Positions 63,101 through 64,000 of a DNA stretch of 64,000 nucleotides are shown here, piece by piece (position 1 is the first letter of the stretch; each line of letters starts with the position of its first letter). A program made the position numbers and the translations under genes. Below the pieces are notes generated by a model. That model made no database searches. It saw nothing but the letters and a program-made list of their open reading frames with translations, and was not told the DNA's origin. Source of the stretch: Ptychomitrium polyphyllum (Eukaryota); assembly GCA_973851085.1 (NCBI GenBank), contig OZ316776.1, positions 15,004,001 to 15,068,000 on the forward strand, written 5' to 3'.

Positions 63101-63219
63101 TCTTCTACAATGTTTTTTTTTAATCATTTTTTTAGGAAAAATTCTATAATGAACTTACATATCTTTTTGGTGATTATTTCAAAAAAAATATTTTGTAAAA
63201 GAATAAAAGTCAATAGAAA

Positions 63220-63970
63220 TACTTCCAATCACTTGTATAAATTAATAAGTTCCAATCTTTGAAAAACAACATTAAAATGAATGAAAGTGTTAATGTCCAT
63301 ATCAAAGTTGTTATTCCAATTTTTTAATTAAGATCTAGCAATATATTAAAAAAATATATGGATAAATAAAAAGGTATAGTATTAATTATTGAATAAGAAT
63401 ATCATCATGCCATTAAAACTCATTGAAATCTATAAGTATTCAAAAAACCTGCAGTAGACCAAAATAAAAACATTGCAGCCAAATATGAAGCAAGTTGATA
63501 AAACAACCATTCAAATTGTAACTCCATCTATAGAATCTAAATTATATAAATTTCAAAAATAAATTTATATTAAATTATTGTAAGGTTTCAATGATGCAAA
63601 GTGCAAATTTTAAACTTACAACTTTAAATGGGCAGGTAATTGTCCTTATTGGTCTCTATCTTGAAGAATAATGTTGCAAAATAGAATTATGAACAAATCA
63701 TTTTGCCTTACAAATTAATAGGAAAAGTTGCTCATTTAATGCAGCCTTTGTTTTGTAGTCCATTTAAAGGTGAAAAAGGTGGAGTTTTTGAAGAAGTGGC
63801 CTACACAAATTTTGTATTATCAAGTGTAAGAATGCATAATGAAAGAACTTTGGGCATTATTAAGAATAGATGGGTGATATTGCTAAATTGAATGACATGT
63901 TTCTTAATAATGTGCTTGATGTGGTTACAACATATAATTTCTTATATAACCTTTGCATCATTTAGCCTCT
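63220..63970 (+). pseudogene. Duplicate PIF/Harbinger transposase remnant
   Basis: The 62-aa ORF at 63703-63891 is identical to 21085-21273. Confidence 0.65.
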
Positions 63971-64000
63971 ATTTTTGTAGTGTATTCTACCATGCTAGAT

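Larger units (their letters stand above)
51300..64000. repeat. Direct segmental duplicate of about 8680-21380
   Basis: ORFs recur at offset 42617-42618, including the non-LTR flank, with a few SNPs. Confidence 0.92.

Overview
Eukaryotic, plant-like repeat-rich DNA, probably from a non-seed plant (inferred from the Tcn1/Tf1-sushi-like chromoviruses and the LRR style). The window is a nest of Ty3/Gypsy chromovirus LTR retrotransposons around one decayed immune-receptor gene. Family A occurs as four near-full copies (1505-6768 +, 8359-14918 -, 34360-41039 +, 50885-57535 -) plus fragments. It has a -1 gag/pol frameshift, an apparent tRNA-independent self-primer, and an extra ~199-codon ORF after pol that is also conserved in a second, diverged family (D, 24.2-26.5 kb). 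Family B is a tRNA-iMet-primed chromovirus (47658-62077, with partial copies at 14919-19459 and 41040-44266). The host gene is an RPW8-like CC/NB-ARC/LRR (NLR) pseudogene at 28920-34359 with about 52 near-identical 72-bp LRR units that vary almost only at the exposed positions. Its 3' tail lies inverted at 1-287, linked by a matching CTTGC target-site duplication. The region contains two large inverted repeats and a >12 kb direct duplication. Two 200-N gaps carry duplicated flanks, so part of the architecture may be assembly artefact.
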